Shown here: one piece after another, positions 40,116-54,309 of the stretch
How the letters are laid out: every line of letters starts with the position of its first letter
Numbering within the stretch: position 1 is the stretch's first letter
NCBI GenBank assembly: GCA_951406725.2
Contig: OX597827.1
Location: 48,670,001-48,734,000 of the forward strand
From: Octopus vulgaris
Lineage: Eukaryota
DNA length: 64,000 bases
Direction of reading: 5' to 3'
Notes under the pieces: model-generated
Told to the model about the DNA's origin: nothing
The model's database searches: none
The model's input: only the letters and a program-made list of their open reading frames with translations
Position numbers and translations under genes: made by a program

Positions 40116-41990
40116 TTATTTTCTACAACTTATTTTATTCCTATACACTTTTAAGAATGTAGAAGAAAATTTATGAATGCAAAAATGAATCACGTCAGTA
40201 AATTTATTCAGAGTGTGCGGGCCATAACACCTAAGGATGGTAAGGGATTCTCTTATGCACAGCTTACACTTGTTAATATTTCCCTTGAAATTTGGGGTTT
40301 TAGAGATAATGGACCATTCTAGATAATAATTCTTATTATTTGTCTTCAAATTGTGTATATGGGATGCAATTGTTGTTGAATTACATATTTATCGTTAGAA
40401 AATGAGCTCATGTGTGATCTATATCTAACCTTAAAATCTACCGTGCTACCTATATAAAATGTATTTAACTTATCCTCGTCCTTGACTACACATTTATATA
40501 TAACGTTAGTAACTAGACAGGAACCATCCAAAGGACATAATTCGGGGTTTCTACAATTACATTTCTTTCCGGGGCCTTTCCTAGTTTTATTTCTATTGTT
40601 ACCTTTACTTTTTGTGTCTCCAGTTCTAGACACGTTTCCCTCCTTCATTCCATCGAATCTTCCCTTATTACATGGGTTCGACAGACCCGGTAAAGGCAGA
40701 CTGTTTGTACCATTGGCATTAGGCGTTACAAAATTATTATACGCAGTTCCTTGGTCATCCTCAAAAGAACTTTTTTCCGCTATTCCGCCCAACAAGCTTG
40801 CATCTATTGATTGATGCAATAATGGAAGCAAAGTTAGGTATTACAGAGTAAGAGAACTTGATCGTTGACTTGTTGCAGATGGTATAGTATTTATGATTCT
40901 TTCGGAAGTTCTCCTTCAGAATTCTAAAACACATTTTTGGTAAGTTACTTACTCTAAGGGAGAAAGGGGGAGTGAACCAAAGAACTTCCCTTATTCTAGA
41001 CCGTGAACCTCCCGTTTTGTTTAACTCCTTGTCAAAATTATTAATATTCTTATACCTGTACCTATTGCGAGTATCCCTAAACACATTACTATTCAAAGGC
41101 CTCTTATTATTGCACAGTTGGGGGGGGGGGTTCTCTGCATTTATTCATAGTATTTGTGACGTGCTTAATTGGCAAACCAGCCATTTTGTTTTTGAGTCTA
41201 GTATTAAAGATATAAAATATTTTAGATTTGAAACCACTTAATCTTAGGGCATTATTATACACCGGTGCATGCTGTTCAAACATCTTTTCATTCGCAGATA
41301 AATTAGATATTCTAGTTGAAATTGCAGTAACGATGCTGTCTATTGTGGATTTTGGGTGATTGGATGATACATTAATATATGATGTTGATTTATTAGGCTT
41401 ACTAAAGGGATAATAGAGACCGGTATTTAGACACAAGGTAACATCCAAAAAGTTTACCACCCTAGAATTAATGTCGAAGATGATGTCAAGATTAAAAAAG
41501 TCCCACAAGAAGCTTCTCAGCGATTTCTTTAATCTGTTTAATTCCGTCTTAGAGAGGCCCAGCACGGCAAAAAGGGCATCATCCCTATACAATCCACCAG
41601 TAAGATGAGGGAAAATTTTCTTAATTTCAGAGAGTAGATATAGCCCAACTAGGTCAGACACCTGTGCAGAATCTGATGACCCCATGGTTATATCAAAAAA
41701 ATTAGTTGTGTCTGCTCTCTGCCAGTCACTCTCGTTATAGGAGATAAGTGTTTCTCTTGTCGCCAAAATTACCCCTATATCTGACTTAGGTATCTCTACA
41801 AACCTTCTTGCAAAGATTAAGGCTTTGTTTAACAAGATTGGGCTTATAAGCTATAATAATTCGAAATGTCGAATTGTATGAAATTAAGCTTAGGTTTATC
41901 TTTCTAGAGAGTCAAACCAAAGTATCATATCCTCAGTTCCTTTCCATAAGGGAAGTTGGACCTTTTCCCTCACAATTGGGATAATACTAT
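40116..41990 (-). pseudogene. Disrupted PLE RT/GIY-YIG ORF
   Basis: Split over ORFs 41107-41835, 40761-41096, 40346-40831 and 40116-40349. Confidence 0.9.
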
Positions 41991-42446
41991 CGATAATGAA
42001 ATAGCCATAGGGAATGTAATTTTTAACTATAAGGCCTCTCTTACTTGAAAAGTAATTTTATAAGATTTTCTAAACGATGAACTTTTATTTTATTTTACAT
42101 TATATATATTATATATTTTTTATATGCTTCATATATATATATATATTTTTATATATTTTTATATACCTATATATTTTCATATTAATTTATACTATATTTT
42201 TACGTATTTACTTTCTAGGTGTTGAAATGTTTTTTTTTTAATATGTTTTTCTTAATCGCTAAAGTATTAACTTTTAACCGTGATGAAATGTATTCATACA
42301 TTTTTACTCGCACTTTCTTATATGCTTGTACAGATGAGTTATGTTCCATCTTCCGTGATGTTTAAATGTATATTCTATGACTAAATGTTCGAGTTATGAA
42401 ATGTTATGTGGATGACCTTGCATTTGTTTGTTCTATAACCGTAGTT

Positions 42447-42512
<66 letters not shown>

Positions 42513-44152
42513 GCGTGCGCTTGTGAGTGTATGTATTTTTGCGTGTGTGTGCACTAGAGCTTGTGACAGTCATTATGCCAAAAATGAGTGCACGCACTGG
42601 TTCAATTTCACTTCTTTATTATCAGTCAATTGATTTTCTTTTTAGTCCTCGACGAGTCGATCTCTGACTTAAACGATCAGCCAAGCAATCAATTATTTGC
42701 CTCATTGTCGTAATGACCCTCCCAAGATATAAAAACATTTGTTCCAACACTCGAGATCACACCAAAATTCTTGCAAAGCAAATACATAAACGCAACAAAT
42801 ATATGTATATGTGTATTTGTGTTTGTGTGTATATATATATGTATGTATGCAGCATGTATGTATGAATGTATTTATGTAGGCATGCATGTAGATATGTTAT
42901 ATGTATGTAAAAGTTCTGAGATGAAACACAGATAACTGGCTTAAGTTAATGATTAATATTTATGTTAATTAAAGAAATTATAATCATCACTTTACGTGGC
43001 TGTTAGGAAAATTCCTTAGAGCGTGGAAGTTTCGCAGTAATAGTTCCGGCTCTCAATGTTCTGAGTTCGAATTCAAGCGAGACAATCATTGCATTTCATC
43101 AATTCGGGGAAGGGTGCGTAAATAATGTACCAATGTCGATTGTTTGTTTTGGGCGTTTGGGGTTTTTTTTTTCTTTCTAAAGCGTTCTTCGTCTTTCTTT
43201 GAAGAAGTCCTTTGTTGCTGTAACTGGAAAAGGATGGACTTTATCAAGTGTAGAATTACCTAGAACATCCCGTAGTACATGTATCATGGCAGTGCCATCT
43301 TAACTTTATCAAGGTAATGCGGGTCCAAGGTTGGGCAAATCACACGTTAATTGCATATGGGAATATCTGTTGTCGCTCAATCTGCAACAATTAAAAGCCG
43401 AATCTTGTTCCAAGTTACATCTCTTTGCCTTGAAAAAGGAAGAACCAGCAATTTCCTCTCTGTCTACAAAAGTAAAATCTTTATTAATTATAGTAAGAAT
43501 ATGTTTGGTAAACATGTCGCTTGAAGCAAGGTTTACCGAGGGCTAAACAACATCAACGAATTGCACACACATACAGCATACGCAAAAACATGCCACGCCC
43601 GCTAACAGTGAAATGTCGAGGCAGCTGATTCAGTTTAATACATTCGCGGTTAATAAACATTAATTATATTAAGAAGTTAGTGACACGTGATTAGTCAGAC
43701 AGACATCATTATTCTGATGACAGCACACAACTATAAATTCATCTTCGTATATTGATTAATATATAATTCATTTAGTTTCACAGATAAAAGTTTATTTTAG
43801 CTCAGGATTAAATATACATCAGAGTACAAGATCACAAGATACTTGTTAATGCTTAATAAGCTCTTTACCCAATCTCGAGGCTTTGTGTTCAATCTCAATG
43901 CGTGGTATCATTGAAAAGTGTCTTTTACAACAGTTTCATGTCCACCCATACATTCCATCATTTCAAAATATCTACCAGTTATGCGTTGTAGCGCACAATA
44001 TATATCTAACACGTACGTGTGTATGAATCTGTTTTTAGACTGCTATACAGAGCAAATCATGCCATTTATTGTGGTAACAGCTTAGTAATTCTGGCCATAG
44101 TAAATGCGATCAACCCATTTTGTGATTTGTTAGGAACCTAAAAACAATTACA

Positions 44153-44367
44153 CTTTTACTCTTTTACTTGCTTCAGTCATTTGACTGCGTCCAGGCTGTA
44201 GCACCGCCTTCAGTCGAGCAAATCGACTCCAGGACGTATTCTTTGTAAGCCTAGTACTCATTCTATCGCTCTGTTTTGCTGAACCGCTAAGTTACGGGGA
44301 CGCAAACACACCAACATCGGTTGTCAAGCGATGTTGGAGGGACAAACACAAACATATACACACACAT

Positions 44368-44447
<80 letters not shown>

Positions 44448-44611
44448 ATATACGACGGGCTTCCTTCAGTTTCCGTCTACCAAATCCACTCACAAGGCTT
44501 TGGTCGGCCCGAGGCTATAGTAGAAGACACTTGCCTAAGGTGCCACGCAGTGGGAATGAACCCGGAACCATGTGGTTGGGAAGTAAGCTACTTACCAGAC
44601 AGCCACTCCTT
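44153..44611 (-). mobile_element. Near-full-length SINE (family of 25584-25990)
   Basis: Reverse-complement match along the whole length including the cttttact tail repeat. Confidence 0.92.
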
Positions 44612-46859
44612 GGTCACTAACTGTGATCTCAAGATGAAAAAAAAACACAGATATGATAAAAAGGAAATCTGTCCAAAGTGAAAGTGAATTTTTTAAAAAG
44701 TGCACCGACCAACCGGTGCACCGAGCTCACAATTTCAGTACTCTGCCTGAGTAAACTGATTTTTAGTTTCATAAGTACCACACCGAGCAATGTTTTTTAG
44801 TTATTGATATGCATGTGCTAAAGTGATGGTATGCTTAGTCCCCATGGCAATATGAATTGGGATGAGTTTGGAAAATAAACGTGTTGATTGAAACTTTATT
44901 TCAGTAAGAAAATAATTTCCAAATCTAAGGAACAGGCTTTATGAAGATTATTGGAGTCATATGTAATGTACAGGGTATTGCCAGTCTTTGGAATCGAATA
45001 CATTCTTTGAAAGCGATTTCAAATATGGACGACCTTCTTAGAAAATGTAAAATTGCCACATTGCTATAGAGCACACCTTGATTTGTGAAAATAGTTGTCT
45101 CACGCTGAAACAAAGATTCTGAAACAAAACTGGAAATGTATTTCGCTGCTAAACAAAACTGAAAATGCATGTTGCTGCTAAATTTGTGACACGTATTTTG
45201 ACAGGTAGACAAAAGAGTATCGACAGACTGTCAATCCCGAACTGTTCTATTATTGGTATAGTGATGAACACATTCTAAAAATCTCATAAGTGATGAAGTA
45301 TGCGTGCACGACTCCAATGTCGAAATAAGGCAGCCATCTGCGCTTTAAATCACCCTACACCCTCTTTTTCCAAAAGAAGCTCTACACTAGGATGGTGCTC
45401 GTGCTAAAAGTTATCGGTGACTTTGATCGTTTTTTTTTTTTTTTGGTGGGGTGTGGTTTCGATTGAAAGGGAGTCGTCTATCGTGAATTTGTTTCAACTG
45501 ATCAAGTGTGCGAATGTAAAACAACTTAAAGGAGGAGACATCAAAATACAGCCTCAAACAATTTGAATGACGTGACCTATAGGGTATACAAAAGTGGGAG
45601 ATTGGGTACGCATGTACAAATCTACGGATATACAAAGCATATATGCTTCAATAAAGCGTCTTCTCTCCTTATATGTGCGTTTGACAACAACAAGAGGAAT
45701 CTCATCTCCTAGCCACCCTCTTTTCCGGACTTGCTTTCTGTTAACTTTTCCGTAAACTTCTCTGTAAACTTTTAGCAGACAAATTTGAAATTCATTTTAT
45801 TAGTGATATAGCAAACCGTGCTACGAGACTCGTGTCCTGCCCCCAGTAAATATGTCCCAGTTTGCGTTCGAAAACTAGATATATTAGAAGTATTGTATCC
45901 TCAGTGAAGGAAATTATTTGGAAGTTTAATTAAATTATAAGTAAAGCAATAAATTTGTTTTCATAATGTCTCGTTTATGTGTAACCTCTACTCTTGATTG
46001 TGTTACAAGACTTGCATTTATTTCATAATTCAAAGCTGTCTACATGAGATATGATGTTCATATGAAAATTCTTCTTATAGAATCCGTAAATTGTTTTGTT
46101 GTCGTAAATATTAAATTCCCAAGTTTGCTTTCTAAAAGTTTAGTCTCCATACCATTAAGAAAATTTCAATATTCTCTAAGAACATTAAATTTATAAGTCA
46201 CTAATGTATATGATCTTTTTTTAAGTGTTGACATTTTCTTATATGTTGATAAGTTTTGTATATATTTCTTTTTAGTTGCTTGCTTCTTGTTGAAATACAG
46301 CATTTGTTATTAGATGCATATCTTTACATTGTATATTATTCAAAACTATTGGGCATGAAGTTTATTGAGAATCTATTACTTATATAAATATCTTAACAGT
46401 TCTCTCTAATTTCCAAAAATGAAAACCAAAATATAATATATAAATATATTTATAAATATTTAATGTTTGGAAAATATTTCAAGAAAATACCCATTGTTAT
46501 CTCCCAGAAAAGATACACGAAATGATATCTAATGCATATATAGATTCTGTAATTCAATTCTTCTTTTTTTTTTCTATTACTATCTAAATAAAAAAATTGA
46601 GCTATTTATTTCTATTTAACTGAAAACATTAAGCACGTTGACAAAATTCAGCGCCATTAATTCTGAAGAACTCGTATATATTTCGCATTTGTTGTATAAT
46701 GAGTGGGTGTGGGTATCTGATTAAATAAACAATCAACATTTATCCTGTTGTTCAGAGTAAACAACACAGGTTTACTTGCAATGACGTTTGAATCCTAATC
46801 CGATTGTCATTTGAAACCATTTCACATTACTTAGACATACTCGTTTAATATGTCCAGCA

Positions 46860-47005
46860 ACAGCGCATGAACAGCAGTGACAGAACAGCAATAATAGAGT
46901 AAAACACTGGTAGAGCACTAGACAGGAGTAATAGAGCACTAGTAATGGAGTAGCGGTAGTAGAGCAGAAGTTACAGATAGCTGCGATAGAGTAGCAATGA
47001 GAGAA
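46860..47005. repeat. Degenerate ~14-bp minisatellite (AGTAATAGAGCAGC-like)
   Basis: Recurrent tagag(c/t)a spaced about 14 nt apart. Confidence 0.55.
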
Positions 47006-47777
47006 TTAAAGATAAGACGTACATTATTAACAGTTTTGACTTAGCTATAACTTTACAAAGATACACTGAATCAGCGCTTTGAGCAAAAGAAACACTTGTT
47101 AATTGTATATTTATGACACAGCTGAAACAATAAAAGATTTCTGGCCGCTGGTCCCTAATTTACGACTTCAATGCCAGAGTGAGTCTTAAAGAGTACAAAT
47201 ATATTTATCTTGCTTTGATGTGAGTCTCTAATTAATCCTCAACCTTTTCGCGAGCTTTAATATTTTACATCAAGCTTCAAAACGTATGTTAATTTTATCT
47301 GAAGTGTGTAAAGTAAAGTGTCTGCGAAGAAACGAGCAATCACGGATGCCACTCCATAGTTATTCAGTTTCACCTACGTAACAGATGCCCTGTAGAAAAA
47401 TCTCAGTGGCCACCATTGTCCAGTTGTCAATCTTTATAAAACATATACAATGGAAAATTCCAAGGTTGTTATAGTCGAATGGTAATCGGGATAAGCTCCC
47501 ATTAATGAGAATATATTCTTGTGTCTCAAATAATCTCTAACAACCAAGCCTGGTGAAACTGTTTCATACTGATAGGAGAAGGGGCAAAATCGGGTTACTG
47601 GCACCCAAAACCAGTTGCTTATTGGTTGATGAAGCTCGTCAGTCTGGAATGCAGTGTAGGTGCGAACAATTATATCTGAGACATCAAGTCTGTACAATTC
47701 AGTTATGTATTGAACAATATAATAAAATTTACATTAATAGCAGTACATAGTTAATAGAAAATAGTCAAAAATTTATG

Positions 47778-47930
47778 TCTTTATTGCCCACAAGGGGCTA
47801 ACATGGAGGGGACAAACAAGGACAGACAAAGGTAATGACTGGATTACAGCGACCCCATTGTGTAACTGGTACTTATTTAATTGACCCGGAAAGGATGAAA
47901 GGCAAAGTCAACCTCGGCGGAATTGGAACT
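47778..47930 (-). mobile_element. 5'-truncated SINE (family of 52101-52336)
   Basis: tttattgcccacaaggggctaa...gaaaggatgaaaggcaaagtcaacctcggcggaatt. Confidence 0.9.
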
Positions 47931-48299
47931 GTTCACTTCTTTTCTAGAGAACGACTACATGGCCAACTAACATGGTTACATTTCCTTCTGTTATTAATCT
48001 AAACTTTTTGTCGCTATTCAGATGTTTCCCTGTATAAATTTCAAACATGTGTTCTTATATTTTTAATAATTTAACGATTGAAATGAAATTACTCAGACGA
48101 ACGGCCGTGAAGCCTTACCTTCACAATCGTTTGTATCAGTACAGGTGCTAGGATTTATAGTATAAAACTGTCTTGAAAGCAATCCGGTTCCTATGTTTTA
48201 GCGTTTGACATTACAAATTCTTTTGTTTTGAATCGGAAAATTTGCAAAATCATATTTTCCTGCTAATTATTCTATTAACGATTATATCTAGTCTTCTTT

Positions 48300-48650
48300 G
48301 TAGTAGAAATCTTTAACCCAGTTGGATTTGTTTGATGTTTTGAACTATTGACATTGTTCCTATTTTTTCGTATAAATCGTTGTTCATACCAAAGGTCTTT
48401 CAATACCATGCTTCGTAAGTACAGTATCATAACCATTGAATTTGCAATCTCTCTAATATGTGCAATTTGATGTTTTATAACTTGCCACTTAACTACCCAC
48501 TTTACCATCTCAGAGATGTTTGATTTTTAATACCAAAGAATCGAACCAGTTTTCGTTTTGACTCAATACATTGAAACCAGCGGACGTTCTGCCAACGTGC
48601 AAATTCCTCGATATCATTTTGTTTCCAAAGTTTTTATTTGCAGTATTTTA
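48300..48650 (-). mobile_element. Possible very decayed hAT (Charlie-like) transposase fragment
   Basis: Weak peptides VRW and IKHQIAHIREIANSM resembling the EVRW...IAYLSD region; multiple frameshifts. Confidence 0.25.
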
Positions 48651-49072
48651 TAAAGAAAAAAACAGGCTTAAGCTGATATCAGAACAAAATTTGTATATAT
48701 ACGTGCAAAGAAATGAAACTACACCTAATGAAATAAAATGACGAAATCAATGGCTGGCTAAAGCCTTTTCATAGATTATTCTGCATGGATTTTACATTTA
48801 TGTAGCCTTTTCATGGAACAGTCCAATGAAGGTTAAAAAGCTGAGATTTCGAAGCATCTGACAAAAGTTTCATTATACAAATAACATTCTGTATGCGTAT
48901 GTAGGCAAAGAAGAAAATATATATATAAATACACATACTCATATATATATATTTACATGTGTATATACGTGCAAAATATTTATATATGCATGCATACACA
49001 CACACAAAGACACATGTATGTATAAGTATGTGGATACATATATATAAACATACACATATCAAATACATCTGT

Positions 49073-49148
<76 letters not shown>

Positions 49149-49825
49149 TGTATGTATGTGTGTGTGTGTATGCATACGTGCATAGGAAATTATATTGGAA
49201 ATAACACCTCCGGGAAAATGGAAAAAGTCATGATAGATAATGGTCAATCATGACAGAAACTGTATGAAAAATTTCTTCGTTAAGAAACCCCTGTAAACAT
49301 GAAAAAAAAATAATAACGAGAAACTGTTAGAGAAAGTACAGTAAAAATTTTACAAGAATTCCACTGCTAGGTTTTAAAGGCCATAGAAAAAACGAATATC
49401 TGCAACGCAGGAATTCTGACAAAATGGAATTTGTAGTGTTATCAATGTCTTAAATAGGTCGCATGTTAAATACAAGCATAAAAAGTCTAGCGAGGCAGCA
49501 AAGAAGCAGTAGGAAATTCTGGAGAAAATATATTAATGAAAGAAGCTATGTGAAATGTTAGAGTATAAAAAATATGAAAAGCTGTGCAACCGAAATGTTT
49601 CTTGGAAAGAAAATTGTAGAATCGGAGTCAGAAGAACAGCAAAAGAGGGATCAAAGGTGCTGGGTTGAGATCTAAATTAAGAGGGAGCGTGAATAAATGC
49701 GATGACAATATCCAGTGATAGGTATATGGAAAGAAAAAAAATTTTGAGAGAAGCATTTTCTAAAAATGCAAGATATTAGGGCTGTGAATTTTATAAATTA
49801 TGGTACAAATTTGAAGTATGATGCA

Positions 49826-49881
<56 letters not shown>

Positions 49882-49929
49882 TAATAATAATATAATAATA
49901 ATAATATAATAATAATAATATATTATTAA

Positions 49930-49978
<49 letters not shown>

Positions 49979-50266
49979 ACCCCAAGACAAACCAACTAAA
50001 TAAGAACCGATGAGAAATATACAAAAATTATATAGTTACGTAAGATGGTAATTGCCTTAGTGGTGTATGGAATGGAACCAAATTGCATGCAAAATGAAAT
50101 TATTAGAAGATAGTTTGTGAAAGGAGATACATGAGATAAAAAAAAATTGAATACGGATTAAAAGATTTGAAAATTGAGAAATTGATATAATACTCCAGAT
50201 AAAATTCTGTTTTTAGAATTTCAGCTGAAACCTGTTGTACAAAAGTAGTTAGCGTTAATATAATTT

Positions 50267-50468
50267 AAGGTGGCGAGCTCTCGTTGGCAAAATGCTCAGC
50301 TACATTTCATCCGTCTTCACGTTCTGAGTTCGAATTCCACCGAGCTCAACTTTGCCTTTCCTCGTTTCGGGATCGATAAAATAGGTATCAGTTGAACGCT
50401 GGAGTTCGATGTTATTGACTTAGCTCCTCCCTCAAAATTTCTGGCGTTGTACCAAAATTTGAAACCAA
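50267..50468 (+). mobile_element. SINE with Meta-like central domain and alternative 3' tail
   Basis: aaggtggcgagct...gagttcgaattccaccgagctcaactttgcctttcctcgtttcgggatcgataaaataggtatcag...tgtaccaaaatttgaaacc. Confidence 0.8.
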
Positions 50469-50688
50469 TATTACTTAGCAGATATGTTGCTCGGCTATGA
50501 TTTCGACTCTCTGTGTTTTCAAGAAGAAATTCTCTCCTTGTGTTTACCTAATACATTATATTTGCAAATTCAGAGAACCACCATTTAGACGTCAAACGTT
50601 AAATGCTCATCCGTTAATAATCTTTTGATTACCTTTTGAAGTAGATATAAGTTTGCATAAAACTATTTTAATTGCGTCATCTAAGAAA

Positions 50689-51201
50689 TCTATATATATA
50701 AAACTGTAGTTGTGTGAGTGTCTGTCCCCTTCGATTTAGATTCCTAACTACTCCCACATTTTGCGGTGCAGTTTAACCAAATTCGGGTATCTTATAGTCG
50801 TGATTCATATCGAGCCCGTCTGAGTATTAACGCGCGTCTACGATGAGTCTACGATTTTAAAAATAATTTAACATCATTTTTTATTCCATTTTAATGCATA
50901 ATTTTTCGTGTGTCGATGGCGGCGGAGTTCGCGTCCATGGTCACACCTGCACCTGTTTGCTTCTCCCCCTTCTTCCCTCCCTCGTGAAGCTGTGGGGAAG
51001 GGAGTGTAAGGAAATCAACGTCGTAAAGCGTTGTCAAGGAGACCAGCGTTCTTTTAGAACAACGACTTCATGGCTTGAAGACACCAATACAGAAATGGCT
51101 AAGAAAGCCCGAATTGGCATCTATAAGGGAAGTAACTCTCTAAAAATGCTTATATAGTTATTTCCCTTACAAACCCGAGCAACGCCGGGCGATACTGCTA
51201 G
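50689..51201 (+). mobile_element. Non-autonomous Helitron (same family as 12154-12951) with different interior
   Basis: A|TC start, same cccgagcaacgccggg hairpin, CTAG|T end, no TSD. Confidence 0.92.
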
Positions 51202-51723
51202 TAACTTATCTAAGAAGTAAATTACATAAGAAGTAAAACATCAAAATGGTGTATTCCCTGTTCACCCAAACTGATAGAACAAAAAATCAAAATAGTTATA
51301 CGAATTATCAAATATCTTCATTTTCTGTTGCCGTTAAAATCTATAAGGCAACGAAGAAGAAACTGATTAAACGAAATGAAGAATCAAATCAACCAATCTT
51401 CTCTAACATTTATAAAGATGACGGAATAGAAATATTTGCATCTAAAGAACATTATATAACATAGAAGGACCATATGCTAAGTTCTTAAATAAACTTTCCA
51501 CTAAACAAACTAACAACGCGAAAACTATCAGGAAAACTACAGGGAACATTAAACACAGTTATTCAAAGACACTGTGGAACAGTAAACTTCATGCTATGGA
51601 ACCGATGCTTTCAATATCCATCCTAAGCTTGGTTGTTCCTGGCACCTCTACCCTGCCATTAGTAATGTATCGATGTAGATAATAAATATCATAGTGTGAT
51701 AGTATTCTTTGTACAGACTAATG

Positions 51724-51994
51724 CAGTGGTGCCCAACCATTTTGTCTATGGACCAGTTTGATTGCTATTTTACTCAAGTGGTGGGGGTACCTCCTTGGTA
51801 TTTGATGTCTGATAACTCCTTTTCTATTTTCCTCTTATATTTTTTATGAATAGATCTTATTGGGAATTGAATTAATATTGTTTCTGTATGTTCTGTATTG
51901 TAGAAATATAACCAGTTTATTTGCACATAAATTCTAACAACAAAACCCTTTATGGCCCCTTAAGCGCCATAAGAACTCCGATTGAGAACCACTG
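51724..51994. mobile_element. hAT-type MITE
   Basis: TIRs cagtggtgcccaac / attgagaaccactg, typical of Charlie-type hAT ends; 8-bp TSD only partly retained. Confidence 0.7.
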
Positions 51995-52100
51995 ATTTAA
52001 AGCAATCACTTGAATTCATCACTTCCTTTCAGCCCATTTCCTTTTCGAAACCGCCCCCAAACCGAGTAATTAGTTAGAACCCATCACTAAAATACTTTCT

Positions 52101-52336
52101 TATTTCTTTATTGCCCACAAGGGGCTAAACATAGAGGGGACAAACAAGGACAGACAAACGGATTAAGTCGATTATATCGAACTCCAGTGCGTAACTGGTA
52201 CTTAATTTATCGACCCCGAAAGGATGAAAGGCAAAGTCGACCTCGGCGGAATTTGAACTCAGAACGTAATGGCAGACGAAATACGGCTACGCATTTCGCC
52301 CGGCGTGCTAACAGTTCTGCAAGTTCGCCGCCTTAC
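52101..52336 (-). mobile_element. Full-length SINE with Meta-like domain and 16-bp TSD
   Basis: TSD cactaaaatactttct at 52085-52100 and 52337-52352; B box gagttcaaattcc; central gtcgactttgcctttcatcctttcggggtcgataaattaagtaccag. Confidence 0.93.
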
Positions 52337-53123
52337 CACTAAAATACTTTCTAACAACATGGAACTACCATGCAATATTCATCTTTACCATCATTTACGT
52401 ATACCAGGGCTCTATCATCTTTGCAACTCAGTTATTTGTAGTCACAACTCTCTACTATATATTTTTTTACTAATTCTTATAAATATGTTACATATTTTAT
52501 TTTCTTTCTTTTCCACTTAATTTTTATTGATACCTCTACATTACATTCTTCACCCAAATATCTATTATTCGTAAATACTAGACATCAATAATTTTTACTC
52601 ACTCTCTACCATTCTTCCAAAATTTATATGAAACATTCGAACTTCTTTCAAATATAGTTACATGCATTTACATTTTTTGCCCATTGCCTTTCTTTCATCT
52701 GCATCTTATCTTCCAACTGCCAGAATTACATATTAGTATAGATTCTTTTGATTTATGCCTTAACTTTTCTATTTTTGTATTCTCACTTTATGTATATTAT
52801 ATGTACCCACCCACCTCATTACTTCTTCGTATTCTCAGCTCACACTAATTTACTTCAACTTTTTAGTAGTTCTAGTCATCCCTCTATTTCGTATTCTGTT
52901 TCCCCGCGGACTTACTTTCTTGTTTTATGTATTATCCCTGATGCATTGCGTTAAGTTTTGCTTTCATATTTCCTTTTCTGCATTTTTCATTCTTTCAATA
53001 AAATATATTGACTTAGAACGATTTCCTTTAATATTATTTTAAAGTTCCTGCACACTGGTTTTAATTGCCATTTATTTCAGCAATTTTTCTGATACTTAAA
53101 TTTTGCCTTCTTTCTCCTATCTT

Positions 53124-53376
53124 TGGACAGGAGAAGAATATGCTAAATCAACCCGAAATACCTCACAATACACTATGATAAAAATAAAGATTTTCTTGAT
53201 CAAATATGAAAGAAAGATTGCGGAAGTAAACCTAATATAAATTCTATTAATGAATTTATATCACATTTACTTTCGTAATTCTTTCATATTCGATCAAAAA
53301 TATCTTCTTTTATTTTTATCGTTGTACTCTGTTGTGTGGCTTTTCGTGTTGTTTTAACATATTCTTCTCCTGTCCA
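53124..53376. repeat. Fold-back element / MITE-like palindrome
   Basis: Termini tggacaggagaagaatatg / catattcttctcctgtcca; imperfect self-complementarity throughout. Confidence 0.8.
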
Positions 53377-53892
53377 TTAAAACTAACATCAATCACTAAA
53401 AATGTAAATGGTAATCTTACCAGAACCAAGGGCTATTACAACCGTATTATTAAATTAAATTCCATTCTTCAAATTAAACTCATCGTTCTTGTGTCATAAA
53501 ATGTTCTTTAAATAAATTTTTCTTTCATTTCTTTTTCGTTTTTTCTTACAATATTTATCTCAAAAATTAATCTAAAAAATTTATCTCAAAAATTTATCTC
53601 TTTACGTACGGAGGAGATGAAATGACCGAAACATATATTCATGCGTGAGTGTATGTGTGTGTGTTTGTGTGTGTGTGTGCGTGTGTCTGTGTGTGTCTGT
53701 GTTTGTGACTGAGTGTAGCTTATAGACAAGGAGGAAGCACTCATTATACGAAATGGAGAGAATATATGGCTTTATAACGAATATACGTACAAAACAGTTT
53801 TACGTGATCTGTTGGGCATATATGGCTTAAACCTAAGCAGTTCTATCAAACTTATAAAAACTACTTCTAACTATACAATGAAGTGATACAAC

Positions 53893-54093
53893 GTGTCCAT
53901 CATAGGACTCCCTTAACCCAGAAGGAAAAGCTAAAGTTCAAACCACCAATTAGGGATAAAATCGCGAAGGGAATGAAAAATGAAATAGATGATAAATGTT
54001 TTTATTTTTAAATTCCCTTTGAGATTTTATCCCTAATTAGTTGTTTGAACTTTAGCTGTTCCTTCTAGCGTAAGGGAGTCCTATGATGGATAC
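53893..54093. repeat. Fold-back element / palindrome
   Basis: tccatcataggactccctta...agctaaagttcaaac...aattagggataaaatc / gattttatccctaatt...gtttgaactttagct...taagggagtcctatgatgga. Confidence 0.85.
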
Positions 54094-54125
54094 CTCTTAA
54101 TGTGTTTAAATGTACACTGTATTTT

Positions 54126-54167
<42 letters not shown>

Positions 54168-54174
54168 CTCTTTA

Positions 54175-54244
<70 letters not shown>

Positions 54245-54271
54245 CATACATATATGTGTATATATATATAT

Positions 54272-54309
<38 letters not shown>

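Larger units (their letters stand above)
39262..42450 (-). mobile_element. Penelope-like element (Hydra-clade-like), 5'-truncated with inverted pseudo-LTR
   Basis: RT motifs FDITMGSSDSAQVSDLVGLYLL, GLYRDDAL, VNFLDVTL; linker CNCRNPELCPLDGSC; GIY-YIG VIY...FYIG...RYRSH; C-terminal CKLC..E; 39345-39808 is inverted at 41998-42450; (TA)n on both flanks. Confidence 0.93.
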
